Virus record (IMG/VR): IMGVR_UViG_3300036770_007495
Location: 124,001-188,000 of that record
DNA length: 64,000 nucleotides
Strand: one strand, 5' to 3'
In this document: positions 54,642-63,669 of the stretch, piece by piece
Numbering within the stretch: position 1 is the stretch's first letter
Layout: each line of letters opens with the position of its first letter
Notes under the pieces: model-generated
Databases searched by the model: none
The model's input: only the letters and a program-made list of their open reading frames with translations
What the model was told of the DNA's origin: nothing
Made by a program: the position numbers and the translations under genes

Positions 54642-56360
54642 ATGGCAAATAAAAAAGGTGACTATTATCTCAACAATCCTGCGCTGCCTACCAGCAGGGC
54701 AGAGTTTGAGTATACACCAGAAATGTTGAAGGACATCAAAAAATGCGAGCAGAACTTGCTATTTTTTGCTGAAAACTATTTTTACATCATTGATCCAGAT
54801 GAGGGCAGAACCATCATCAAGCTCTACAAGTATCAAAAAGATGCTTTGAGAATGCTGCGAGACAACAGATACAATTTGTTGCTTGCAAGTCGACAAATTG
54901 GTAAAACCACATTGCTGACCATTTATGCACTGTGGATTGCATGTTTCAATGAAGATCAAAACATCATGATTGTGGCTAACAAAGAGAGCACAGCCATTGA
55001 AATCTTCCGAAGAGTGCGTCTAGCATATGAGCAATTGCCCAACTGGCTCAAGCCTGGTGTTGATGAATATGGCAAGACTAGTATGACGCTCAACAATGGT
55101 TCCAGAATTGGTATTTCCACAACAACAGGCAGTGCTGCTCGTGGTACTTCCTTGAATGTATTGATTCTTGATGAGTTGGCTTTCATTGATCCACCTTCCA
55201 TCATGGAAGATTTCTGGCGTTCTGTGTGGCCTACCATTTCTCGCTCTAAAAAATCCAAAGTTCTCATTGCATCCACTCCCAAAGGCACAGACAACTTGTT
55301 TTATCAATTGTATGATGGCTCAGTAAAAGGTGAAAATGGCTTTGCCAGCATGACCATCAAATGGGATGCTGTGCCAGGGCGTGATGAAAAGTGGAAAAAA
55401 GAACAAATCAAGCAAATTGGCAGCGTTGAATCATTCCTCCAAGAATATGAATGTGAATTTTTGCAGAGCGGTGAATCTTCCATTGACGTAGAAACATTTG
55501 AACGCCTCAAGCAAAATTGTTCCATTGCACCCTATTCTTTGGATGATGGCAAGTATATGATTTGGCAGCAGCCCAAAGCAGATAGATTATACATTGTGGG
55601 TGTTGACGTTGCTGAAGGTGTGGGTCAGAACTATTCTGTTGCACAAATTCTCGACATAACTGATTTGACCAACATTGAACAAGTTGCTGTGTATCGAGAC
55701 AATGTAATTGCACCTGCTCAATTCACAACAAAACTGTTTGAGATATTGCAGCAGTGGGGTAATCCATTGGTGCTCATTGAAAGAAACAATTGCGGTGCTC
55801 AAGTTGTTGACAATTTGCGCAACATTCATCAGTATGAGAACATTGTGAGCTATGGTGCTGAACTAGCAGGTCGCAAAAAAGACTTTTTGGGTGTTGTTGC
55901 TCATACCAACACCAAGCAGCGAGGTGTTCTCAACATGAGATATTGGGTGAATGTGCTCAATTGTGTTCGTTTCAATCACATGCAGACCATCATCGAGCTC
56001 AAAGACTTTGTGCGCAAAGCCAATGGCACATGGAGTGCACGAGGCAATGGCACAGATGACTGCGTCATGAGCCTCATTTGGGCACTTGTTGTTTTGGACA
56101 ATGATCCACAGTTTGGCATTTGCAGCCAATATTTTGAAGTTGTTGACTTGGATGAAAACAGCAAACCAAGAAGCATCAAGCCCATGGATTATGGCCTCAA
56201 ATATTTTACAGCCAACAACAAAAAATTTGATATGTTTGGCAACATGCTAGAGGCATCTAAATATGAAGATGCAGCTACTTTGCCAATTCTGTTTGGTTCT
56301 GCTGGTCAACAAAATGAAGATTTAGCTGACTTAGAATTGCAAGGCTGGAAAATTTTATGA
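54642..56360 (+). CDS. 17: Terminase large subunit gp17
   Basis: YL.NP.L, LY.YQ, SRQIGKTT, ANK, LP.WL, LDE.AFI, ASTP.G, QEYEC.F, GVDVAEG, DD.VM. Confidence 0.96.
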   Translation: MANKKGDYYLNNPALPTSRAEFEYTPEMLKDIKKCEQNLLFFAENYFYIIDPDEGRTIIKLYKYQKDALRMLRDNRYNLLLASRQIGKTTLLTIYALWIACFNEDQNIMIVANKESTAIEIFRRVRLAYEQLPNWLKPGVDEYGKTSMTLNNGSRIGISTTTGSAARGTSLNVLILDELAFIDPPSIMEDFWRSVWPTISRSKKSKVLIASTPKGTDNLFYQLYDGSVKGENGFASMTIKWDAVPGRDEKWKKEQIKQIGSVESFLQEYECEFLQSGESSIDVETFERLKQNCSIAPYSLDDGKYMIWQQPKADRLYIVGVDVAEGVGQNYSVAQILDITDLTNIEQVAVYRDNVIAPAQFTTKLFEILQQWGNPLVLIERNNCGAQVVDNLRNIHQYENIVSYGAELAGRKKDFLGVVAHTNTKQRGVLNMRYWVNVLNCVRFNHMQTIIELKDFVRKANGTWSARGNGTDDCVMSLIWALVVLDNDPQFGICSQYFEVVDLDENSKPRSIKPMDYGLKYFTANNKKFDMFGNMLEASKYEDAATLPILFGSAGQQNEDLADLELQGWKIL

Positions 56361-56935
56361 GCGACATTAGACAGGCACCATTCAACAAAGCACGCGTTGA
56401 CAAGTTTACACTGGTTGTAAATTTGCCGCCTGCTTTGAAAGGCATCAACAGCAAATTTGAACGCAACAACAAAACAGTGAATTTGGATGCATTGCAATTT
56501 TCTGTGTATGGAACCATCATTCCTGACATTGTTGTACCAGCCATTGAAACACGTTTTGGAGGCAGCACCATTTATGTATCATCTCACAACAGACCATCAT
56601 TTCCTGCTGTGAGCATCAATTTCACCATTGACAATGAGTTCAACAATTACTGGTACATCTATCAGTGGCTCAACTTGATGCGTGATGAAAAGGAAGGTGT
56701 ATTTGGCATTGTAAATGGCCGCGGCCTTGCTGAATCCAATGCTGCTCTCAAGCAATATTCCACCACTTTCACCTTGTATGGGCGTGATGAATTCAACAAC
56801 AATGTCATCAAATTTGACTATTTTAATGCTTTTCCTACAAAATTAGGCAGCATCACCTGGAATTATCAAGACAGCAAGGAAATAACATGCTCCTTTGATT
56901 TTGTGTTTTCCAACATTACTTCTGCCTTGCTTTAA
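56357..56935 (+). CDS. 3: gp3-like tail terminator/completion protein
   Basis: Tail-tube-like fold: IP.I..P, F.ID....NY..IY.W, F...FPT.LG. Confidence 0.6.
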   Translation: MSDIRQAPFNKARVDKFTLVVNLPPALKGINSKFERNNKTVNLDALQFSVYGTIIPDIVVPAIETRFGGSTIYVSSHNRPSFPAVSINFTIDNEFNNYWYIYQWLNLMRDEKEGVFGIVNGRGLAESNAALKQYSTTFTLYGRDEFNNNVIKFDYFNAFPTKLGSITWNYQDSKEITCSFDFVFSNITSALL

Positions 56936-56954
56936 ATTTGTGCCTGGATTTTCA

Positions 56955-56960
56955 TAAATA
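56955..56960 (+). promoter_or_regulatory. T4-type late promoter TAAATA (representative of 24 copies listed in findings)
   Basis: cATAAATA-tctac-ATG of gp18; gp55 is encoded in the window. Confidence 0.85.
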
Positions 56961-56965
56961 TCTAC

Positions 56966-59608
56966 ATGGCATCAAGAATTATCAACTCTCCAGGGGTTCA
57001 AATCAATGAAATCGATGAATCAGCAATTCAGGCAAATGTTTTTGGTACTGATGTATTGATCACTGGTTTCGCAAGCAAAGGCCCAACAGATGAAGTCATC
57101 AGTGTTTCTTCACTTTCTGAATTTGAACAGATTTTCGGCACACCAACCAATGCTGCAGAGCGTTATTTCTACTACTCTGTAAAGCCTCTGTTTGGAACAG
57201 GTGCTAATTTGCTGCTCAGCCGCTTGCCATATGGCGGCGGAAATGGTGATGGCTTTGGTTCACAATACAGCGCAGTAGTTTACCCTGTTGTTGCTGTATC
57301 TGGTAACCCAATTGATTTTAATCTTGCTGATGCTACTGCAACAGCTACAGCAGACATTAATCTTGCAACAGGTGCAGTATCATCTGTAGCAGTAGTACTG
57401 TCTGGTCAATATTATGCTGTTGCTCCAACAATCACAGTATCTGCTCCTCAGACACCTGGTACAACTGCAACATTTACAGCAAACATTACCCTTGCAGGCG
57501 CTGTATCTTCTCTTACTACTACTCAAGCAGGATCTGGATATACTTCTGCACCAACCATAACAATTGCTGCACCAAGCTACAACAACATTGGTGGTATTCT
57601 GCCAACACTTGATAGTGCAAGTGTTGATGCATATGTTCTTGGCAAGCCTCTTCACTTTACTCTTACCAAGGCTCAATATTTGTCATGCATCAATGGTGAA
57701 GCATTTGTGTGGAACAAAACTCCAACAACAGCAGGTGTTGTACAAAACATTGCAAGCATCAGCGATTTCGGCAAAGCTGGCGTTGTAATCTTCAACAAAG
57801 CACAAACAACCATCAATGACAAGTATGAAGGTTATTACATTGGCATGGTTGACAACACCAATGCAAATCCTGCAACTCAGTTTGATGGCATTGTTACAGC
57901 AACAACAGTTAACGTTGCTGCTCCAAACGTTGGCAGCAAGGATACAACAACACCTGTTCCTGCAACTCGCCTCAACTTTGCATTGTCGGGTAGCAATGCA
58001 TCCAATGGCACAATGTCGCAGGCATTTGAAAATGCTGCTTCATTCAACATTGGCACAAATCAATTCAACGATTACCTCACACTTGGAGTTGTGAAGCTTC
58101 GTCAGAGCATCTTCTCACCAGACACAATCAAGCTTGATTATGTTCTTGAAGAGAAGTTTGTTGCAAGCCTTGACTTCTACCGTCAGCGCACACCAGAAAA
58201 TGGTGGTCCAATCACTTCTGCATACATTGGCAATGAAGTTGATAATGGCTCACGCAACATCACCATCATGGTCAACGACTTTGTGTCAAATCGCAATGGC
58301 GCAACCTGGATTGGTCTTGATGGCTTGCCAAGCAAGAGTGTTAGAATGCTCAGCCGCGAGCTTGAAGGCTTGCTTACTGATGCAACAACATTTGCAAGTG
58401 TCTCTGGCACAATCGGCATTACACCTGGTGCATTCAATGCTGCAAAAACATCATTTGCAACTAATCTCAATGGTTATGCTGACGACTTGCTTGCACTTGG
58501 TGCATATGTAAATCCAGCACCTGCTGATAAGACCATTGGTAGCTTGCCAAACAAGATTGATCGCATCCTTCAGTTGGTTGAAAATGATGAATTGTTTGAC
58601 ATTGACATCTCTGTTGAAGCTGGTCTTGGTACCATCTATGCAACAACTTGCGCAGCACGCACAAGTTACTATGATGACACCTTGATGAATTCAACATTGC
58701 AGCAAGCTCTTGGTTACTTGCAGACAACTCTCAATTACACCGCACCATCTGATGATACATTGGACTTGAGAGGCAACTACAACACCATCTTCAGCAAGTT
58801 TGCTGACTTTGCACGTGACAGACTGGATCACATCTTCATTGCTGATCCAATTCGTCACATCTTGGTGCAGGGCAACAATTCCAAGACACTCAATGACAAT
58901 TCCAAGAGCTGGTCACAGCATGTGTTCTCACCATTGCGTCACCAGTTTGAGCTTGCCAACACCAGCTATGCAGCAGCATATGCAAACTGGGCACGAGTCA
59001 ATGATGGCTTCTCTCAGACAAATGTGTGGGTGCCATTCTCTGGCACAGTTGCATCAGACTTTGCTCGTTCCGACAGAGACTTTGCATACTGGGCAGCACC
59101 AGCAGGCTTCCGCCGCGGTTTGGTGAGCGAAGTGGATGACATTGCAATTGCTCCTAACCAGAAGCAGCGCGATGACTTGTACAAGTTCAACCTCAATCCA
59201 ATCACACAGTTTGTGCGCGAAGGCATTGTAATCTTTGGTCAGAAGACTCTCAACCGCATTCCAAGTGCATTTGACCGAGTCAACGTCCGCCGCTTGTTCA
59301 TCTTGCTTGAGAAGCAGACCAAGGCAATTGCTCGCTACTATGTGTTTGAGCCAAACACCTTGTACACTCGCACACGTCTTGTGGATGACTTGACACCAAA
59401 CTTTGAAGCTGCTAAAACAGCAACAATCAATCAGGGCATCTACGACTACATCATTGTTTGCGATGACAGAAACAACCCACCATCTGTCATTGATGCAAAC
59501 GAGCTTGTGGTTGACATTTACATCAAGCCAGTTCGCACTGCAGAGTTCATCTTGGTGAACTTCCATGCAACAAGAACAAGTGCCAACTTCCAAGAAATCT
59601 TGAGATAA
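56966..59608 (+). CDS. 18: Tail sheath protein gp18
   Basis: SPGVQINEID, G.A.KGP, F..IFG.P, WAAPAG..RG, NPI, GQKT, SAFDRVNVRRLF, FEPN, IKP.R.AEFI. Confidence 0.97.
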   Translation: MASRIINSPGVQINEIDESAIQANVFGTDVLITGFASKGPTDEVISVSSLSEFEQIFGTPTNAAERYFYYSVKPLFGTGANLLLSRLPYGGGNGDGFGSQYSAVVYPVVAVSGNPIDFNLADATATATADINLATGAVSSVAVVLSGQYYAVAPTITVSAPQTPGTTATFTANITLAGAVSSLTTTQAGSGYTSAPTITIAAPSYNNIGGILPTLDSASVDAYVLGKPLHFTLTKAQYLSCINGEAFVWNKTPTTAGVVQNIASISDFGKAGVVIFNKAQTTINDKYEGYYIGMVDNTNANPATQFDGIVTATTVNVAAPNVGSKDTTTPVPATRLNFALSGSNASNGTMSQAFENAASFNIGTNQFNDYLTLGVVKLRQSIFSPDTIKLDYVLEEKFVASLDFYRQRTPENGGPITSAYIGNEVDNGSRNITIMVNDFVSNRNGATWIGLDGLPSKSVRMLSRELEGLLTDATTFASVSGTIGITPGAFNAAKTSFATNLNGYADDLLALGAYVNPAPADKTIGSLPNKIDRILQLVENDELFDIDISVEAGLGTIYATTCAARTSYYDDTLMNSTLQQALGYLQTTLNYTAPSDDTLDLRGNYNTIFSKFADFARDRLDHIFIADPIRHILVQGNNSKTLNDNSKSWSQHVFSPLRHQFELANTSYAAAYANWARVNDGFSQTNVWVPFSGTVASDFARSDRDFAYWAAPAGFRRGLVSEVDDIAIAPNQKQRDDLYKFNLNPITQFVREGIVIFGQKTLNRIPSAFDRVNVRRLFILLEKQTKAIARYYVFEPNTLYTRTRLVDDLTPNFEAAKTATINQGIYDYIIVCDDRNNPPSVIDANELVVDIYIKPVRTAEFILVNFHATRTSANFQEILR

Positions 59609-59625
59609 GACACAAAAACAAAGAG

Positions 59626-59654
59626 GAGTGCAGCGCAAGCTGCACTCTTTTTTT
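59626..59654 (+). terminator. Intrinsic terminator after gp18
   Basis: GAGTGCAGC-GCAA-GCTGCACTC-TTTTTTT. Confidence 0.92.
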
Positions 59655-59675
59655 GTTTAAACCATAAATACTAAC

Positions 59676-60170
59676 ATGAACGAAGACCTAAAAGAGCTGC
59701 AAAACATCTATGAAAGTGCTGTCAATGAAGGCATTTTGAATAGAATTGGTGCCAACATTGCAGGTGCAGTTGGGACTGCAGGTGGTGCACTCAAGGGAGC
59801 ATATTATGGTGCAACAGGCAATGTGCAAGGTGCAGCTGATGCAGCATTAAAAGCAAAAAATGCTAAATTTGATTCATACAAAAAAGCTGCTGATGCAAAG
59901 TTAGAAAAAGTTTTTAACGAAGTGGTGACCGATCTTACAAAGCTCAATTTGGTAGATCAAGCAAGAATGAAGCCATACATTGATGGATTCAAACAAAACC
60001 TTGCAACTTCTTTTACTCAATTTTTGCAGGGATTGACTGCTACAGTTGCACAAGCTCCAGCAGCCCCCACTCAAACCACACAGCAAACTACTCAAACCAT
60101 CCCACCATCTCCACCAGCAAGTACTACTGCTACGCCTCCTGCTGCATCACAGCCGGTTGGTCCTATGTAA
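59676..60170 (+). CDS. Late protein with Gly/Ala-rich segment, candidate internal head protein
   Basis: TAAATA 5 nt upstream; MNEDLKELQNIYESAVNE followed by GILNRIGANIAGAVGTAGG; P/T-rich tail. Confidence 0.75.
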   Translation: MNEDLKELQNIYESAVNEGILNRIGANIAGAVGTAGGALKGAYYGATGNVQGAADAALKAKNAKFDSYKKAADAKLEKVFNEVVTDLTKLNLVDQARMKPYIDGFKQNLATSFTQFLQGLTATVAQAPAAPTQTTQQTTQTIPPSPPASTTATPPAASQPVGPM

Positions 60171-60186
60171 TGCATTTGCATAATTT

Positions 60187-60627
60187 ATGGCTCACAAAGA
60201 GTTTAAACAAGGCGTTTACAAGCCCATCAACAGGCAGAAATACATTGGTGATAAACTGCCTTTTTATAGATCAGGTTATGAGCTAAAATTCATGCGATGG
60301 GCTGATGCTAACCCCAATGTTTTGAAGTGGGGAAGTGAAAGCATCATTGTCCCTTACAAGAGCCCCATTGATGGTAAAATGCATCGCTATTTTGTAGATA
60401 ATGTGGTCATCATCAAAGAAGGAGAAAACATCAAAAAATATCTCATTGAGATCAAACCACACAAACAAACACAGCCGCCAACTGCTCATGGCAACAAAAA
60501 ACAGACCACCATTTTGTATGAGCAAGCTACATATGTCATCAATCAAGCCAAATGGGAAGCAGCAAAGAAGTGGTGCAAAGATCATGAATGGGAGTTTCTC
60601 ATCTTAACAGAGAAGCATTTGCCATAA
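60187..60627 (+). CDS. 4: gp4 head completion nuclease (TnsA-like)
   Basis: G.YKP.N..KY.GD, YRS.YE..FM.W.D.NP.V..W.SE, HRYF.D, EIKP..QT, NQAKW.AA, ILTE. Confidence 0.92.
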   Translation: MAHKEFKQGVYKPINRQKYIGDKLPFYRSGYELKFMRWADANPNVLKWGSESIIVPYKSPIDGKMHRYFVDNVVIIKEGENIKKYLIEIKPHKQTQPPTAHGNKKQTTILYEQATYVINQAKWEAAKKWCKDHEWEFLILTEKHLP

Positions 60628-60635
60628 ATACTATG

Positions 60636-61523
60636 ATGCAAGATTTTAAAACATTTTACAGACAGCACTTAATTGAAGAATCATTCAAACAAGATCTTGC
60701 AATGATGGCACTTGCTGTATCACTTGCACTCACAACTGGCATTGGGCTGCATAAAATTGGTTTCATACAAGACAGGGACAGCGTTGAATATGCATTGAGA
60801 AATGCACAAGACATGGGATACAATGTTCAGGAGATTGTACAGCAATCTAAACAGCCAGAGATTCAACAAAAAGCAAAAGAAATTCTGCAACAAAAACAAG
60901 ATGACAAGGCTGAACAGATGTACAAAAAAGCTGTTGAGCCGCCTGCTCAGCCTCTACAACCTTCTGTTTTGAAGCCTGCTAAAGAGACTGAACAAGAATT
61001 TCTCAGAGCAGCCATGGAATACATCAAAGAAAATGAGCTTGGTCAAGCAGGCATAGAATATCATAAACCATACCGAGATCACAAAGGCAAACCCACCATT
61101 GGCATTGGTCATTTGATTACACCCAAAGAGCAAAGCAAGGGCATTTTTAAGAAAGGCATTTCTGAAGATCAGGTTTATGAGTTGTTTACCAAAGATATTC
61201 AAACCAAGCTGCAAACAGCACGCAGAATATTTCCCAAGTATGATGAATTTCCGCTTGATTTGAAAATCAAGTTGTTGGATGGAATTTTCCGTGGTGATGT
61301 ATCAGGATCACCCACCACCATCAAGCTCATCAATGCAGGCAAATGGGAAAAAGCGGCAAATGAGTTTCTTGACAACAAAGAATACAAAGAAGCAGTTAAA
61401 AAAGGATATGGTACTGGGCCACGCATGAAGAAAATTGCAGATGCAATCAAAGCAATGGGTAATAAACAGCAGCCAGAAGCAACAAAACCTAAATTGCAAC
61501 CAGAAACAACGCCGTTTTATTAA
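60636..61523 (+). CDS. GH24-like lysozyme with N-terminal leader and hydrophobic anchor
   Basis: E...PY.D..G.PTIG.GHL, TI.LIN.G.W..AA.EF, GPR; TAAATA 5 nt before ATG 60636. Confidence 0.85.
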   Translation: MQDFKTFYRQHLIEESFKQDLAMMALAVSLALTTGIGLHKIGFIQDRDSVEYALRNAQDMGYNVQEIVQQSKQPEIQQKAKEILQQKQDDKAEQMYKKAVEPPAQPLQPSVLKPAKETEQEFLRAAMEYIKENELGQAGIEYHKPYRDHKGKPTIGIGHLITPKEQSKGIFKKGISEDQVYELFTKDIQTKLQTARRIFPKYDEFPLDLKIKLLDGIFRGDVSGSPTTIKLINAGKWEKAANEFLDNKEYKEAVKKGYGTGPRMKKIADAIKAMGNKQQPEATKPKLQPETTPFY

Positions 61524-61544
61524 CGGTGAACAATAAATACTCAT

Positions 61545-62093
61545 ATGGCACAGACAAATCAAACCATTGGAAACTTTTATGACCGCGCAGTAGCTCGTGA
61601 ATTCTCACGCGACTTCTTGTTTCGAGTTCTGAACATCACTTTTGCAGGCGGTGCTGTCTTCAATGAAGATGAGCTTGTTTATGCAAAAACAGCAAAACTA
61701 CCTGCTCGTCAAATTACCAACGTGCAGAGCAAGTACATGGGTCTCAACTTCAACTTAGCTGGCACAGCTGTATATCCAGGCAGCGACAGCTATGCAATTT
61801 CTTTTTATTGTGATGCCAATTCTTTGCTGAGAAACAAATTTTTGCAGGAATCTCGTCGTGTGTTCGATGATGCAACCAGCACAGGTGATTACAACATTGC
61901 TGGTCGTGCAAGTTCCATCACTTTGTTGCAGCTTGACAAGGCATTGGAACCAGTTTCCACATTCCGTCTTGTGGGTGCCAACATCAAAAACGTGGGTGAA
62001 ATTCAATACAACATGGCAGATGGCACTGGTCAGCCTGTTAATTTTGATGCTACCATCTCTTATCACTTCTTTGAAGAGAACGCACCAGCCTAA
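61545..62093 (+). CDS. 19: Tail tube protein gp19-like
   Basis: R.F.F.V, A.LP.R.I....YMG....AG...Y, L.QLD, VGEI.Y, F..TI.Y..F. Confidence 0.75.
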   Translation: MAQTNQTIGNFYDRAVAREFSRDFLFRVLNITFAGGAVFNEDELVYAKTAKLPARQITNVQSKYMGLNFNLAGTAVYPGSDSYAISFYCDANSLLRNKFLQESRRVFDDATSTGDYNIAGRASSITLLQLDKALEPVSTFRLVGANIKNVGEIQYNMADGTGQPVNFDATISYHFFEENAPA

Positions 62094-62104
62094 TAAATAG
62101 TTAG

Positions 62105-62812
62105 GTGCCACAGTCACCACGAGAAACCTATTTAGCACTCCTAGACAGATGGGAGTATAATCTTGCACTCAATTCTCAGTGGGTGCTCATCATTCACGAT
62201 TTGCCCCGCATTCAAGGCATTGTGAGAAAAGTACAGCCTCTAGAAGCATGGACACCCAACTCAGATTGGAACATCAATGAAGTCATCTACGAAAAACTCA
62301 CCAACGAGCAGGTGCAAACAACAGAAGCCATGGGATGCTTCTTTGTCAACAATGTTGTTGTGCCTGGTGAAGCATACAATCAAGAAGAAGCTACCATTTC
62401 CAACAGTGGTGGTTACATCAATGTGGGTGTAGCAGGCAAGAGAACATCTTTTTCTGGCAAACGAGTAGCAACATCATTCAGAGAAACCAATTTAGACTTT
62501 GTTGAGACAGTGCTGCGCCCATGGGTCATTGCATGTTCACACATTGGCTTCTTTGCTTTTCAGTCAGCTGCAGACAATGTTAAGATTCCTAGAATGCAGC
62601 TCATCAATTTTTCACGCCTCAAGCATACTCCTGTGTCACCTTATGATTCTGAAACATTCAGACCCATCAGAAAAATCTACAACTTCTACAATGTAGCACC
62701 CATTGAGATTGATACCAAGACATACGATTACACTGAAGACCAAGGAACACCGCAAATGAGACAAGTGGGCTGGATTTTTGACAATTACAGCATACAATAC
62801 TCTAGACAATGA
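62105..62812 (+). CDS. Baseplate tail-tube initiator (gp54/gp48-like)
   Basis: Tube-fold pattern V..PG, F.ET, W, Y.FYN..P; GTG start 5 nt after TAAATA. Confidence 0.6.
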   Translation: MPQSPRETYLALLDRWEYNLALNSQWVLIIHDLPRIQGIVRKVQPLEAWTPNSDWNINEVIYEKLTNEQVQTTEAMGCFFVNNVVVPGEAYNQEEATISNSGGYINVGVAGKRTSFSGKRVATSFRETNLDFVETVLRPWVIACSHIGFFAFQSAADNVKIPRMQLINFSRLKHTPVSPYDSETFRPIRKIYNFYNVAPIEIDTKTYDYTEDQGTPQMRQVGWIFDNYSIQYSRQ

Positions 62813-63669
62813 TGCAACATGCATTTTATTCAGAGCTAGACTTGCCTTGTGCTAAACAAAAAATGTTGGTGAGTCAAATGAGCAGCAGCATGTTTATGCA
62901 GCTGCAAAAGTATTTGTTGGAAAACAATGATGATCTCATTGAACAATATTTCAATTACATCATTACAAATTGCAACAAACATGCAATGGATGCAAAAAAG
63001 CTCAACTGCATTGATAAGCTTGCATGCTTGATGAAGATTCGAAGCATCAGTTGTGGAGATGCAGTCATTTTCACCAATCAACAAAACGTTCAAGCAAGCA
63101 TGAGCATGAACAGCATCATCAACTCATTGTTGTGCTGCAAAGAACATGTATTCAATGTTTCCAAAGATGTTCAAATAACCATTGGACTACCAAACAGCAT
63201 AAATTTGCATGAAGCATCCAGAGTAATTGAGCAATGCATCAAAAGCATCACTGCAAATGGTGCTTGCTTTGATGCAAATGACTTGACTGAACAACAGATG
63301 CAGCAATTCATGCAAAATTTGAATGCATCTGCTGTTGCACACATCAACAGATTCATTTCAATGCATGCAGATTTGAAAATCATTGCATTTCAAGGCAATC
63401 AACACCTGCAACTTGATGACATCATCTTGAGCCCATTCAATGACTCCATCATTGAATTTTGCAAGTTCATTTTCAAAGATGATTTGATGAATCAATACAA
63501 GAATATTCACACTCTGTGCAGCAAATCTCATCTGACACCTGACTTTTTGCTGAGCATTGCACCCATTGAGCAGCAATTGTATATCAAACTGTTGGCTGAA
63601 GAGATTGAAGCAACCAATGAGCAGTTGAAACAACAGGATAAATCAGTAAATATGCCAAATTATGGATAA
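62809..63669 (+). CDS. Baseplate hub gp26-like with gp51-like C-terminus
   Basis: LP, L...D....LMKIR..S.GD; C-terminal HL....L.I.P.E..LYI.LL.EE. Confidence 0.6.
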   Translation: MMQHAFYSELDLPCAKQKMLVSQMSSSMFMQLQKYLLENNDDLIEQYFNYIITNCNKHAMDAKKLNCIDKLACLMKIRSISCGDAVIFTNQQNVQASMSMNSIINSLLCCKEHVFNVSKDVQITIGLPNSINLHEASRVIEQCIKSITANGACFDANDLTEQQMQQFMQNLNASAVAHINRFISMHADLKIIAFQGNQHLQLDDIILSPFNDSIIEFCKFIFKDDLMNQYKNIHTLCSKSHLTPDFLLSIAPIEQQLYIKLLAEEIEATNEQLKQQDKSVNMPNYG

